Part shown: in pieces, positions 47,755 through 57,401 of the stretch
Layout of the letters: each line of letters begins with the position of its first letter
How positions within the stretch are numbered: the first letter of the stretch is position 1
Origin: Candidatus Latescibacterota bacterium
GTDB taxonomy: Bacteria > Latescibacterota > UBA2968 > UBA8231
Direction: 5' to 3'
Length of the DNA stretch: 64,000 nt
Assembly: GCA_965208105.1 (NCBI GenBank)
Contig: OZ242318.1
Coordinates: forward strand, 2,400,001 to 2,464,000
Notes under the pieces: model-generated
Told to the model about the DNA's origin: nothing
Databases searched by the model: none
What the model saw: the letters and a program-made list of their open reading frames with translations, nothing else
Position numbers and translations under genes: made by a program

Positions 47755-48933
47755 TCAAACGGCAAAGGCAGAGCCGGCGATGTAGCGCGTACCACCGAAT
47801 TTGTTGCCGTCGTCTTCCATGAAGTAGTAGGCCGTGAAGATGCGGCCATCCTCCAGCTCTGTCGCCACCGGGTAGCCGATGTCCCAGTCGCTTCCATCGG
47901 CCCGGATCACGGCTTCGCCCGACCAGGAATCCCCCTCGTCTTCACTCAGAATCAATCCCATGCCGTATGGCGGTCTGCGGCGCGCGAAAATCACCACGAT
48001 GCGCCCGTCCCGCAGCAGCACCGGCCAGGGGGACCGGTAGAGCGGGCCTGGTATCGCCCCGGACCAGACGTGGTCGCGGGTCAGCTTCGCCCAGGGCGAT
48101 TCGCCCCAGCTCACGATCACCCGCGGCTCGCTCCAGGTGAACCCCCCATCATCCGAGTGGATCATGGTCAGGACGTTGCGGCGCATGCCTGCCAGGTTCA
48201 GCATGTAGCACTGCAACCTCCCTCCGGGCAAGCGCAACATGCGCGGATAGGCGAAGCGCCCCACCGCCTCGATGGGTTCGAGGGCGGCCATGGCGAAAAA
48301 CCCCCATTCAACGCCGTTGTCCTCGGTGGCGTAGAAGCCGAGCTGGCTCTGGTCCAGGTCCGCCATCACTCCCAGGGTTCCGTCGTCGAAGTAGACGGGA
48401 GGATAGCCGTCCACCAGCACCGAGCTGTAGCCCTGGGGAGGGGCCAGCCGCGTCGGCACCTCCTCCCAGCTGTGGCCCCGGTCCGCCGAGCGGAAGACGT
48501 GGGTCTCGTGGTTCATGTTGCCCCGGGAATCGACCCCCTCGGAGCCCGACCTCTTGAAGAAGGTGATGGCATCTTCACTCCCGAGGTCGATCTCCTCGCG
48601 CTGGACCCCGGGCTCCACCGCCGATTCATGGATGGCCTTCTTCTTTTCCTCGGGCCAGCCGTTGTTCCAGAGTACGATGTCGTCCTCGCGCCTCCAGGTC
48701 TCGCCGTGGTCGTAGGAGCGCTGGAGCAGAAACACGCCCTCGCGAAAATAGACTCCGTGGCTTACATCTTCCACCTCGCCGTAGACACAGGAGGCGTGGT
48801 TGTGAATCACGGCTATCTCGCCGTTGCCGAAATTGTGAATCCCCGACTGGCTCGGGTGTCCGCAATAGGTCTCCTTGCTGTAGCAGACCTTCGTATGGCT
48901 GACGTCCCGCAGCCGCGGACGGAATCCTTTCAC
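47755..48933 (-). CDS. Sialidase-like BNR/Asp-box beta-propeller protein
   Basis: Five Asp-boxes: SYDHGETW, SADRGHSW, TEDNGVEW, SDDGGFTW, SEDEGDSW; C-terminal DIGYP. Confidence 0.85.
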   Translation of the reverse strand: MKGFRPRLRDVSHTKVCYSKETYCGHPSQSGIHNFGNGEIAVIHNHASCVYGEVEDVSHGVYFREGVFLLQRSYDHGETWRREDDIVLWNNGWPEEKKKAIHESAVEPGVQREEIDLGSEDAITFFKRSGSEGVDSRGNMNHETHVFRSADRGHSWEEVPTRLAPPQGYSSVLVDGYPPVYFDDGTLGVMADLDQSQLGFYATEDNGVEWGFFAMAALEPIEAVGRFAYPRMLRLPGGRLQCYMLNLAGMRRNVLTMIHSDDGGFTWSEPRVIVSWGESPWAKLTRDHVWSGAIPGPLYRSPWPVLLRDGRIVVIFARRRPPYGMGLILSEDEGDSWSGEAVIRADGSDWDIGYPVATELEDGRIFTAYYFMEDDGNKFGGTRYIAGSAFAV

Positions 48934-49099
48934 CTGCGCCCCCTTTGCAGAATTTTACCCAATGGCCTCCCTTGACCCGGGAGATGCCGTTTTAAATACT
49001 TGAGAGCCCACTCGATGGCCGTTCCGGGCGGTTTGAGTTGCGCTCGCACAGGAAAAATAATCCATGCTGCACCGCAAGGCGAGGAGGTAGGAACTTATT

Positions 49100-50302
49100 A
49101 TGCTGGAACGCCGAGAAATTGCCACATCCCGATCGAAGGCATTTGTAGTCGGGTCTTTTCGCCATCCGGCGACGCCGGCCTTCAAGGCCAACCTCCATTG
49201 CCACAGCACTCACAGCGACGGCAGCTTGGCGCCTCAAGAGGTCGCCGATCTCTACGCGGGGAAAGGATACCAGGTCCTCTGCATCGCCGACCACAATGCC
49301 TATGGCGATCAGGACGGCGACGGGGTCCACGACTGGAACCTCGACGGCGTCGTCGAGTCTCCCGCCCGGCCCCGGGGCCACGGCTCGAAACCTCACTTTC
49401 CATGCGCCGAAGACGCCGGACGCGAGGCATACCTGCGCGACTACGCCCGCACGGCCGCCGAGCAGGGACGGCCCTGGGTCCGCGAGAACTGGGACCTCGC
49501 CCGCAAGGGAGAACTGCTTTTGCTTCCCGGTTTCGAGGACCACTTCACCGGACCTCACATCGTGATCAACGGGTTTCCCGTCCTGGAACAGGGGAGCGAC
49601 ATCGCCCGCTTCAGGGGAACCCACGACTACCGGGAGGTCGTGCAGCAGGCGGGTGGGGTGGTCTACCTTGCCCACCCTCACGAATGGGAGGACGATCCCG
49701 CCTTCTTCCTGGACCATCCGGAACGGCGCCGCCTCGACGGCATCGAGGTGATAAACGGCTACCTTCTGCGCCATGGACAGCAGGAGGATCCGGCCGGCGA
49801 GCGGGGCTTCGCGCGCCGTCTCTGGGACGCGATCCTCAGTTCCGGGGTCAGTTGCTGGGGCTATGGCAACGACGACATGCACAGGACCGATCCCGGCCAG
49901 GCCGGACCGTTCGTGGCATGGACCGAGGTCTGGGCTGAATCGCTTGATTCAGCCCACGTCCTCCGCGCCCTGAGATCGGGAAGCTTCTGCGCCAGCACGG
50001 GGGTCTCGGTGTCGGCCCTGACCCTGGAGGAGGACAGAATATGCGTCACCACCCGCAACGCCTCGCGCATCCGCTTCGTCGGCAGCGGCGGAAAGGTCCT
50101 CCAGGAAACCCGATCCGCGGCCGCCGCTTACCCCGTCGCCGGCGATGAGGGCTACGTCCGGATCGAGTGCGAGAACGACGAGCTGTGCTGGCCCGGGGAG
50201 CAGCCCCAACTGGGCCAGTGGGCCCTGTGCCAGCCCCTTTGGATCCTCGGAGAAGGCGACGAAATGCCCGAGGGGCTCCACTGGGAGGAAAAGGACACCT
50301 AG
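49100..50302 (+). CDS. PHP-domain (CehA/McbA-like) metallohydrolase
   Basis: KANLHCHSTHSDG, ADHN, AHP, IEVIN and NDDMH motifs. Confidence 0.85.
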   Translation: MLERREIATSRSKAFVVGSFRHPATPAFKANLHCHSTHSDGSLAPQEVADLYAGKGYQVLCIADHNAYGDQDGDGVHDWNLDGVVESPARPRGHGSKPHFPCAEDAGREAYLRDYARTAAEQGRPWVRENWDLARKGELLLLPGFEDHFTGPHIVINGFPVLEQGSDIARFRGTHDYREVVQQAGGVVYLAHPHEWEDDPAFFLDHPERRRLDGIEVINGYLLRHGQQEDPAGERGFARRLWDAILSSGVSCWGYGNDDMHRTDPGQAGPFVAWTEVWAESLDSAHVLRALRSGSFCASTGVSVSALTLEEDRICVTTRNASRIRFVGSGGKVLQETRSAAAAYPVAGDEGYVRIECENDELCWPGEQPQLGQWALCQPLWILGEGDEMPEGLHWEEKDT

Positions 50303-50467
50303 GGTCCCGTCGCAGAAATATGTCGCCATTATTCCGCCGATCCATCCCGGCTCACGGCGTTGCCTTCACTCGCCGTACACCACTGGTACGACTCGCTCAG
50401 GCGCCTTGTGAGCCAGGCGCCTCGGCGGCCCAATTGCGTCAACCTATCTCTGCGACGGGACACTTAG
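50299..50467. mobile_element. MITE-like element, copy 2
   Basis: ctagggtcccgtcgcaga...tctgcgacgggacacttag; near-identical to copy 3. Confidence 0.85.
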
Positions 50468-50588
50468 GCATCCGGCCCCGCGCGTACGCCCGGTAACCAG
50501 GCGGCCGTACCGGCTATCCAGCGCCGCAGGGCCGGCGGCCGCAACATTCCCCCACCCAGGCCGAAGACACATCCCACAAGGAGGACAA

Positions 50589-50951
50589 ATGAACGCCAGA
50601 GAACCCATGGTCATCCACTACGTCAGGGAGATGGACCGGGCACTGCGGTTCTACCGCGACGTCCTTGGCCTCCAGGTGATGGACGAGTCCCCCGGCTGGA
50701 CCACCTTGCGCTGCGACGGCTGCATCGTCGCGCTGCACATCCTCGCTCCGGGGATGACCGAAGCCCCCTTCGCCCACGCCGGGTTGAACCTTCGCGTCGA
50801 CGACCTCGACGCCGCCGTCGCCGAAGTGGCGGCGGGCGGAGGCCTTGTCAAGGTGGTGCGGGAAGCAGGCGGAGGGGTTCCGGTGCGGGTTGCGGAGCTC
50901 GGCGACCCGGAGGGCAACGGCTTCGAGCTGCGCCAGTTGGTCGGCACCTGA
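50589..50951 (+). CDS. VOC/glyoxalase family protein
   Basis: VREMDRALRFYRDVLG, VDDLDA and DPEGN.FEL motifs; AAGGAGG RBS. Confidence 0.88.
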   Translation: MNAREPMVIHYVREMDRALRFYRDVLGLQVMDESPGWTTLRCDGCIVALHILAPGMTEAPFAHAGLNLRVDDLDAAVAEVAAGGGLVKVVREAGGGVPVRVAELGDPEGNGFELRQLVGT

Positions 50952-51050
50952 CGACAGTCCCGTCAGGGAAATTTCAGCGGATACCTGCCGCGGCCGGTGG
51001 GAACTCGGTCTCGAGCACGGGTCCGGCCGGTGCATATTGAGGGCCGATCC

Positions 51051-51938
51051 TCAGCCAGGTCCTCCGCCGCCCCAGCGGCTGGGACGGATCCCGGCGGCGT
51101 CCCGGGCCATGCCATCCGGGCGGTTGGGCACGTCGTAGTCGATATGCCGCGTGTTGAGACTGCGGAAGAAGGGCTGTATGTGTTCCGGCAGCCCGGCCAC
51201 CTTCTCCGGATCGCGGTCCTCCTCCACGTCATCGATGGGACCCGCCCAGCAGGGACGGTAGGCAATGGCCAGCATGCGCCTGTCCCGAGCGCTGTGATTG
51301 GGGAAGTTGCCGTGGAACACATTCTGGTTGATCACCACTGCCGAGCCGGCCTTGCAGCATACCATCACCTCTTCGGGATGGCTCAGAAACCTGTTGTACG
51401 GATTGCCGTCGATGTGCATGGACAGGTGGGACCGGGGGACCACCTTGAATGGCGAGCAGTCCGGAGTCTGGTCGTCGAGGTAGTAGAGGGCGCGCGCCAG
51501 GACCGGTGAACTCGACTGCCGGCCGAAGATCTTCGAGCCATAGGGCTGGGCATCGGTGTGTATGGCGATGCCCGGGTGACCGGGCCCGGAGCAGCCGTAT
51601 CCGCACGACGTACAGATAACCTCGTCGCCGAAAAGGTGGGTCAGGAACTCGACCATCGGGGCCAGTGCGATGACCTCGATGGAGACCGGCGAATCCGTCC
51701 ACTGGACCTCCTGAGAGCCGCGCTGGTGGGGACTGTAATCGACGCTCCGCGTCGGCAGCCGGCCCAGCTCCTCCCTGATCCTCTCCACCGTTTCAAGCGG
51801 CAGCAGGTCGGGCAGGACTACATACCCCTCCAACTCTATGGAGCGGACCTGCTCATCGCGGGTCAGGCTCGACCAGTCCGTCTCGTCCATCCGGGCCCGG
51901 GCAATATCCTCTTTGCTATTAGTGAATGATGTATCCAT
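51051..51938 (-). CDS. Phytanoyl-CoA dioxygenase (PhyH) family protein
   Basis: EGYVVLPD, HTD, YYLDD, VVPRSH and FHG..PN....RR motifs. Confidence 0.85.
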   Translation of the reverse strand: MDTSFTNSKEDIARARMDETDWSSLTRDEQVRSIELEGYVVLPDLLPLETVERIREELGRLPTRSVDYSPHQRGSQEVQWTDSPVSIEVIALAPMVEFLTHLFGDEVICTSCGYGCSGPGHPGIAIHTDAQPYGSKIFGRQSSSPVLARALYYLDDQTPDCSPFKVVPRSHLSMHIDGNPYNRFLSHPEEVMVCCKAGSAVVINQNVFHGNFPNHSARDRRMLAIAYRPCWAGPIDDVEEDRDPEKVAGLPEHIQPFFRSLNTRHIDYDVPNRPDGMARDAAGIRPSRWGGGGPG

Positions 51939-51990
51939 GGCGCAGAATCGTCCTTTTTCGTGTGGCCGGCTCGAGTAACGGCGTGGGTCC

Positions 51991-53580
51991 CTAGAGCCGA
52001 TAGGCGAACAGCTTTGCCTGGAACATTTTGACGCGGATGGCCGCCATCTCGCCGACGCCCGAGATATCGCTGTTCCCCTGCCAGGTGACCACCTGGTCTT
52101 CGGAGTCGCCGCTCAGGCGGTCGCATTGCGCAAAGGTGTAGCCGTCGAGCGGGTTCGCATCGGGGCACAACATGGTCGGGACCAGCGGCAGCAACTCCAC
52201 CTCTATCCACCCCCCGGGCGCGCAGCGGTAGTTCAGACGCAGCTGGTTTTCCAGGCGAAACACCGTGGGTATGGTGAAACGTCCTTCCGTTTCCGCCTCC
52301 ACCCCGCAGAGCCGGTGCGGGCGCCAGCGCGCCCACTGGTTCGTGGTCTCATCCATCTGCGGGAAATAGGCGCTCTTGTACTCATCCTCCACCGTGTGCA
52401 GGCTCGAGCGGCCCTGGAAGGGCACCGCCCAATGGCCGTCGGGAAGCTCCACCAGCCCGTTGCGCCACACGTGGATCTGGCCCTCGTCGCCGCTGCCCAG
52501 GGGGCCGACTCCGGCCACCGGCCGGCGCTCCGGCCGCGTCCACACCAGACCGTCGCGGCTGAAGGCCACCTGCATATCCACGTGGTCGGTGACCTGGTGG
52601 AAGACCGGAAGGAACATGGCGTGCAGTTCCCGCCGGCCCGGATAGGGGAAGTAGCATGCCCCGTAGAAGGAAATGTCCAGCGGGTCCTGGGCGTCGGGAT
52701 GGAGCAGGAGCTTGGCCGCGGGCCAGTGGCGGAAATCCTTTGTCCGCGTCAGGCCCACCGCACGGCGCACGACCTCGGTTTCGGGAATACTGCTGCCCAG
52801 GCTCCGAGGCTCCACCGGGGCGCAGCCCTGGGGCTGAATGTAGGCGAAATAGGTCTGGTTGTGCTCGTCGTAGCCCGGAGAAATGCCGCCGTTCACCGAG
52901 TAGTTGGCCAGCGGTTCGTCGATCTTCGTCCATGTCAGGCGGTCCGGGGAGGTGTATCCCTCCAAGGCGCCTTTCAGGACCACCTTGCGGCCCTTGTAGG
53001 CTTCGCCCTCGTAGTGTTCCTCCCGCCAGCACCTGTCCGCCTCGTCGGGGTCCACTTCCTCCCCGCTGTCGCGGTCGAGCCAGAACCCCTTGGCACCCAG
53101 GGCCTTGAAGCGTTCCTGGGGAGGTGCAGCGGGATCCTCGAAGATGCTTGCAGGCACCGCGGTCCTGAGGATGTTGTTCTCCGTGGACCCGTTGAATTCG
53201 GCATGGCCGAGCACCGGGCGCTCCCATTGGTAGCCGTCCTCGCTCACCGCGTAGCAGGTGTTTTCCCCGGCATGGTAGAGCATGTGCAGCCGTCCGTCCT
53301 CGCGCCAGACATGGGATGGAGCCATGTGGCAATCGGTCTCCCACTCCTTCTCGGGAACCAGGAACGGGGCCGATTTCAGCGCCTCCTCCACTCGCAATCT
53401 CACCCCGACCGGGCCGTCGAACATCTCGTAACTTCCATCCCTGGTGATGCTGCGATGGCCGGTGAAGATCTCCGCCACGTCCACCATGGCCATCCAGGTA
53501 CCGGGATTGTAGCGCGGTCGCACCCAATCACCCGGAAAGTAGCTCCCGCGCTCCAGGATAGTCTGCCGTTGGTCAGCCAA
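51991..53580 (-). CDS. Hypothetical five-bladed beta-propeller glycoside-hydrolase-like protein
   Basis: Repeated S.DG..W motifs (SEDGYQW, SPDRLTW, TKDFRHW, SRDGLVW) and C-terminal AKLFAY. Confidence 0.65.
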   Translation of the reverse strand: MADQRQTILERGSYFPGDWVRPRYNPGTWMAMVDVAEIFTGHRSITRDGSYEMFDGPVGVRLRVEEALKSAPFLVPEKEWETDCHMAPSHVWREDGRLHMLYHAGENTCYAVSEDGYQWERPVLGHAEFNGSTENNILRTAVPASIFEDPAAPPQERFKALGAKGFWLDRDSGEEVDPDEADRCWREEHYEGEAYKGRKVVLKGALEGYTSPDRLTWTKIDEPLANYSVNGGISPGYDEHNQTYFAYIQPQGCAPVEPRSLGSSIPETEVVRRAVGLTRTKDFRHWPAAKLLLHPDAQDPLDISFYGACYFPYPGRRELHAMFLPVFHQVTDHVDMQVAFSRDGLVWTRPERRPVAGVGPLGSGDEGQIHVWRNGLVELPDGHWAVPFQGRSSLHTVEDEYKSAYFPQMDETTNQWARWRPHRLCGVEAETEGRFTIPTVFRLENQLRLNYRCAPGGWIEVELLPLVPTMLCPDANPLDGYTFAQCDRLSGDSEDQVVTWQGNSDISGVGEMAAIRVKMFQAKLFAYRL

Positions 53581-53779
53581 TTTCAGCCTCCGAATCTCAC
53601 CGATCGAAAAGGGTTCCAGAAAGGTTTCTTCAACGGGTTGGCTCCCAGACGCGAAACTGGCCTGGACGCACCGGCTGCAAGGGCGGCCTGGCGGCCATGC
53701 AGCCGCTCCGCCTGGACTCGAGTACCTTGAATGTAGGTTGCCCCACGGCGCCGATCAATAGCTGTCGAACGGCACTCCA

Positions 53780-53943
53780 GTGTCTGCGTGGGCAAGTTGG
53801 CGCATGGACCAGAGCGACGAAAGCTCCCGGCTCGCAAGGCGCCCGGGCAAGTGGTACCGGAGGTGTGCGGCGAGCGAGGGCACAACCCTGCGATACCGGA
53901 TGCTGCGGCGGCCGAACTCACGCGGAATTGCCCACGCAGGCAC
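53780..53943. mobile_element. Diverged MITE relative
   Basis: IR gtgtctgcgtgggcaa / ttgcccacgcaggcac (15/16 match); internal cccggctcgcaaggcg and gtacc...cggcgag are shared with the 168-bp family. Confidence 0.6.
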
Positions 53944-53977
53944 CCCAGCAGCCCGTTGATAAAGTCCATCCGGGTTG

Positions 53978-54145
53978 CTAGTGTCCCGTCGCAGAAATAT
54001 GTCGCCATTATTCCGCCGATCCATCCCGGCTCACGGCGTTGCCTTCACTCGCCGTACACCACTGGTACGACTCGCTCAGGCGCCTTGTGAGCCTGGCGCC
54101 TCGGCGGCCCAATTGCGTCAACCTATCTCTGCGACGGGACACTAG
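53978..54145. mobile_element. MITE-like element, copy 3
   Basis: ctagtgtcccgtcgcaga...tctgcgacgggacactag; 168 bp with perfect 18-bp terminal IR including CTAG. Confidence 0.87.
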
Positions 54146-55785
54146 TATGCCATGGCATACCCGTCCTGGCGCGGGTCGACGCCGGCGATCAGCGCCCCGC
54201 TGGCGGAGCTGCGCCCGATGAACTGGGCGTTTCCGGGACCGCCCCAGGCGCCCAGGATTTCCAACTTGTGGCCGCGCCTTTCAAGCCCCCGGCGCACCTC
54301 CTCGGCGAACCGCGCCTCCAGCTGAAGCCCGTCCTCGCAGGTATGAGGAACGGTGGATTCCAGCGGACTCTGCAGGCTGCGCCAGCGCGGGGCCTCCACC
54401 GCTTCCTGGGGGGTCATGCCGAATAGAATGGCGTGGGTCAGCAACTGCAGATTGGTCTGGACCTGGGTGTCGGCCCCAGGGGTTCCGCAGATGATGGCCG
54501 CTTCTCCCATCTTCGTGGCGATGACCGGATTCATGGTATGGCGCACCCGTTTCCCCGGCGCCAGGCAGTTGGGGTGGCCTTCCTCCAGGTGCCAGTAGGT
54601 CATGCGGTTGTTCAGCAGGATGCCGGTTTTTCCGGCGATCAGGCTGGACCCTAGACTGGACTGGATGCTCTGCAGAACGCAGACCGCGTTCCCTTCTCCG
54701 TCGGCGACGGTGAAGCAGGTGGTATCCTCGTTCGCTTCGGGGATGCCCGTGACCACCTGGTGGTTGGCTCGATCCGGATCGATCAGGGCGGCGCGCTCGG
54801 CGGCGTAGTCTTTCGATAGCAGGCGCTCCAGGGGAATGTCCCGCCAGTCGGGATCGGCCACGTGGGCTTCCCGGTCGGCGAAGGCGAGCTTCTTCGCCTC
54901 CACCATGATGTGAACGCTCTCGGCCGTCAGGCAGCCCATGGAGGCCAGGTCGAACTGCTCCACCAGGTTCAGTTCCTGGAGCAGGACGTGGCCGCTCGAA
55001 TTCGGCGGCATTTCATAGACGCGGTGGCCGCCATAGTCGACGTAGATCGGCTCGTCGCGGCGGGCATTGAAGGCGGCCAGATCGTCGCGTGTGAGCAGGC
55101 CGCCGTATTCCTCCATGAAACGGGCGATTTCGCCGGCGATCGCACCTTCGTAGAAGGCGGCGCGGCCCCCCTCGGCGATGGCCCTGAGGGTCTGCCCCAG
55201 GTCGCTCTGGTAGAGAATATCGCCGGGCGCGAGGGGCTTTCCCTGCGGGGCGAAGATCGCCCTGGTGTAGGGATCGCCAGCGAAGCGCTCGTGCTCCTCC
55301 TGCAAGGTGGCGGAGAGCTTGTGGCTGACGGGGAAGCCCTGCTCGCAGAGTTCTATCGCCGGCGCCAGGACCTGGTCGAGCCCGAGCCTGCCGAAGGGGC
55401 CATGCGCCAGCAGCCAGCCGTCGACGATGCCGGGCACCGAAACGCTCAGAACCCCCTTCATGGGGATGCCGCCGCGCTCGAGGTAGAACTCGCGGGTGGC
55501 CGCGGAGGGCGCCGGCCCGGTGCCGTTGACCCCGTGGACCCGGCGCGAAGCGGCGTCGTAGAACATGAGGAAACCGTCGCCCCCCACGCCCGAGCTGGGG
55601 AGCTCGACCACGCCAAGCGCCGCAGCGGTGGCAATGGCGGCGTCCATGGCGTTTCCGCCCGCCTGCAGAATCCGGAGGCCGGCCTGGGAGGCGAGCGGAT
55701 GGCCGGAGGTCACGGCCCCGTTCAGTCCCATGACGTTGGGCCGAAAGGCGGGATAGGTAATTCGATGGGGTGAAGACATGGACAT
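54142..55785 (-). CDS. ggt: Gamma-glutamyltransferase
   Basis: HPLASQAG..IL.AGGNAMDAAIA, GVGGDGF, nucleophile TTCF, LLNNRM and GTPG motifs. Confidence 0.93.
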   Translation of the reverse strand: MSMSSPHRITYPAFRPNVMGLNGAVTSGHPLASQAGLRILQAGGNAMDAAIATAAALGVVELPSSGVGGDGFLMFYDAASRRVHGVNGTGPAPSAATREFYLERGGIPMKGVLSVSVPGIVDGWLLAHGPFGRLGLDQVLAPAIELCEQGFPVSHKLSATLQEEHERFAGDPYTRAIFAPQGKPLAPGDILYQSDLGQTLRAIAEGGRAAFYEGAIAGEIARFMEEYGGLLTRDDLAAFNARRDEPIYVDYGGHRVYEMPPNSSGHVLLQELNLVEQFDLASMGCLTAESVHIMVEAKKLAFADREAHVADPDWRDIPLERLLSKDYAAERAALIDPDRANHQVVTGIPEANEDTTCFTVADGEGNAVCVLQSIQSSLGSSLIAGKTGILLNNRMTYWHLEEGHPNCLAPGKRVRHTMNPVIATKMGEAAIICGTPGADTQVQTNLQLLTHAILFGMTPQEAVEAPRWRSLQSPLESTVPHTCEDGLQLEARFAEEVRRGLERRGHKLEILGAWGGPGNAQFIGRSSASGALIAGVDPRQDGYAMAY

Positions 55786-55808
55786 TCTCGAATGAACAGC
55801 CGCGGATA

Positions 55809-56249
55809 CTAGGGTTCTTTGGTGTATTCCGTCTCCTCGGGTGCGTCGGTGTCGCTCTCGAAATAAATGCGATAGCCGTCGGGATCGGCCAGAGAGGTTA
55901 CCCACATCCCGTTTCCAACCTGGGGTCTGGTGGCCTCGATTCCTCGCGATCTGATCTGGCGGTAGATCTCCACCGCATCCTCGCAGATGAAATATATGGA
56001 GACCCCCTCTCCCACCTTCCCCTTCGGGACCCAGGCGTCGGATCCTTCTCTGCGAAACTCCTGCAGCATCAGGCTGGCCCCTCCATGCCGGAGCCAGCAC
56101 CACCGCAGCTTCCCTTCGTCCATCCATTTGTCGCTGATCTCGAAGCCCAGCCCGCCGACGTAGTAGCTAAGGGACTCCTCCATGCTCGAAACCGCGAAGA
56201 ACGGGACCGCCTCCCTGACCTTCGCAGCCGATTCGCCTGAGGGTTCCAT
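55809..56249 (-). CDS. VOC / bleomycin-resistance family protein
   Basis: VPFFAV.SMEESL.YY...LGF and DPDGYRIYF motifs. Confidence 0.85.
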   Translation of the reverse strand: MEPSGESAAKVREAVPFFAVSSMEESLSYYVGGLGFEISDKWMDEGKLRWCWLRHGGASLMLQEFRREGSDAWVPKGKVGEGVSIYFICEDAVEIYRQIRSRGIEATRPQVGNGMWVTSLADPDGYRIYFESDTDAPEETEYTKEP

Positions 56250-56311
56250 TTATCGCCATCCTTGGAAAGGTGGTTCACTGCAATGGGGCGGTCGCCGCCT
56301 GGAAAGGCCAT

Positions 56312-56797
56312 CTAATCCCCGGACAGTCCGTGCCAATCACCGCCTTCAAACCAGCGCGTGAACTGGATGCGGTCGTCCTCATCGGCAATGGCATCGCCCG
56401 CCGCCCGCGCCTTCTCCCTGGCCTCACCAGCCGCTTTCTTCTCGCCGATGGCCGCGTAGGCCCTGGCCAGGGCGTCGTAGGCGAAGGCAAGGTCCCAATC
56501 GGCCGTCTGAGCATCATCGGCCTGCGCCAGCTCCAGATAGCGGCGGGCATGGCCCAGAGCTGCCTCTCCCATACCGGCGGCCGCATAGACATTCGCCACC
56601 AGGCACTCCCCCCGGCCCTGATTGGCGACGGTGCCCGCTTGCATCCAGTGATAGCAGCTGGCGTGGGCCGCGTGGATGTATCCCTCGCCGGTCTCCGGTG
56701 TCACCAGCCCTGATTCGAGCGCGTCCCAGGTGCGGTTGTTCAGCTCGACGGCAAACCAGCGGTGGGCGCCGGGCAGATCGAAAGAGGGCTCAGCCAT
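56312..56797 (-). CDS. Conserved hypothetical alpha-helical protein
   Basis: HRWFAVELNN.TW, HAAHAS.YHW and WDLAFAY..LARAY motifs; coding-like composition. Confidence 0.7.
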   Translation of the reverse strand: MAEPSFDLPGAHRWFAVELNNRTWDALESGLVTPETGEGYIHAAHASCYHWMQAGTVANQGRGECLVANVYAAAGMGEAALGHARRYLELAQADDAQTADWDLAFAYDALARAYAAIGEKKAAGEAREKARAAGDAIADEDDRIQFTRWFEGGDWHGLSGD

Positions 56798-56974
56798 GGA
56801 CTGCCTTTCGAGGTTGGGGATGACGCCGCGGCTGCCCGGGCAAGGATGCGGCCCTGAGCGCAGTAGCGGACGTCCCGCCGCCGGGGACGCAAGGCGGAAT
56901 TCTACGAGAACCGCCGGGCGGAGTCCGGCCGCGAGCATTGTCACGAGGTTTGCAGGCGTGCCGCTGCCGCATGC

Positions 56975-57313
56975 CTACCAAGTTGTCAGTCCCGATTTCT
57001 GGCCCTCCCATCCCTGGTCCGAGGGAAAGACCGTCTTCATCTGGATGCGCTGCGGGTCGCCGTCGAAAAACGGCTGGACCTTCTGCCGCCACTCCAGAAA
57101 ATGGGGCGCTTCGAGGTGCGCCTGGAACGCATCTTCGTCGCGGTATACTTCGTAGAGGTAGAACCGCGACGGCACCTCCTCGTCCTGGTTGATGTCGAAG
57201 CGGAAGCATCCCGGCTCGTCCCGCACCGATCCCCGGGCGTCGCCCAGGCTGGCCTCGGCGAACTCCTCCACGTGCTCGGGTCTGACGTCGATGGTCACGA
57301 AAATCGCGAACAT
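56975..57313 (-). CDS. Antibiotic biosynthesis monooxygenase / LsrG-like protein
   Basis: EPGCFRFD, FYLYEVY.D..AF.AH...PHF motifs. Confidence 0.88.
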   Translation of the reverse strand: MFAIFVTIDVRPEHVEEFAEASLGDARGSVRDEPGCFRFDINQDEEVPSRFYLYEVYRDEDAFQAHLEAPHFLEWRQKVQPFFDGDPQRIQMKTVFPSDQGWEGQKSGLTTW

Positions 57314-57401
57314 GGCCTCTCCTCTGCGTTGCCTGGTGAAATCCGGACTGGAGATTATATATTCGCTTCCCGAAGCCGGTCAAGGAGAGGCCAGCCCTCC
57401 T

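Noticed and set aside
46648-48975. 775-aa plus-strand ORF
   Set aside because: Antisense to the well-supported DUF1538 and sialidase-like genes; no domain signal.
45194-54145. CRISPR array
   Set aside because: The repeats are 168 bp, dispersed by kilobases, have terminal IRs, and no cas genes are present.
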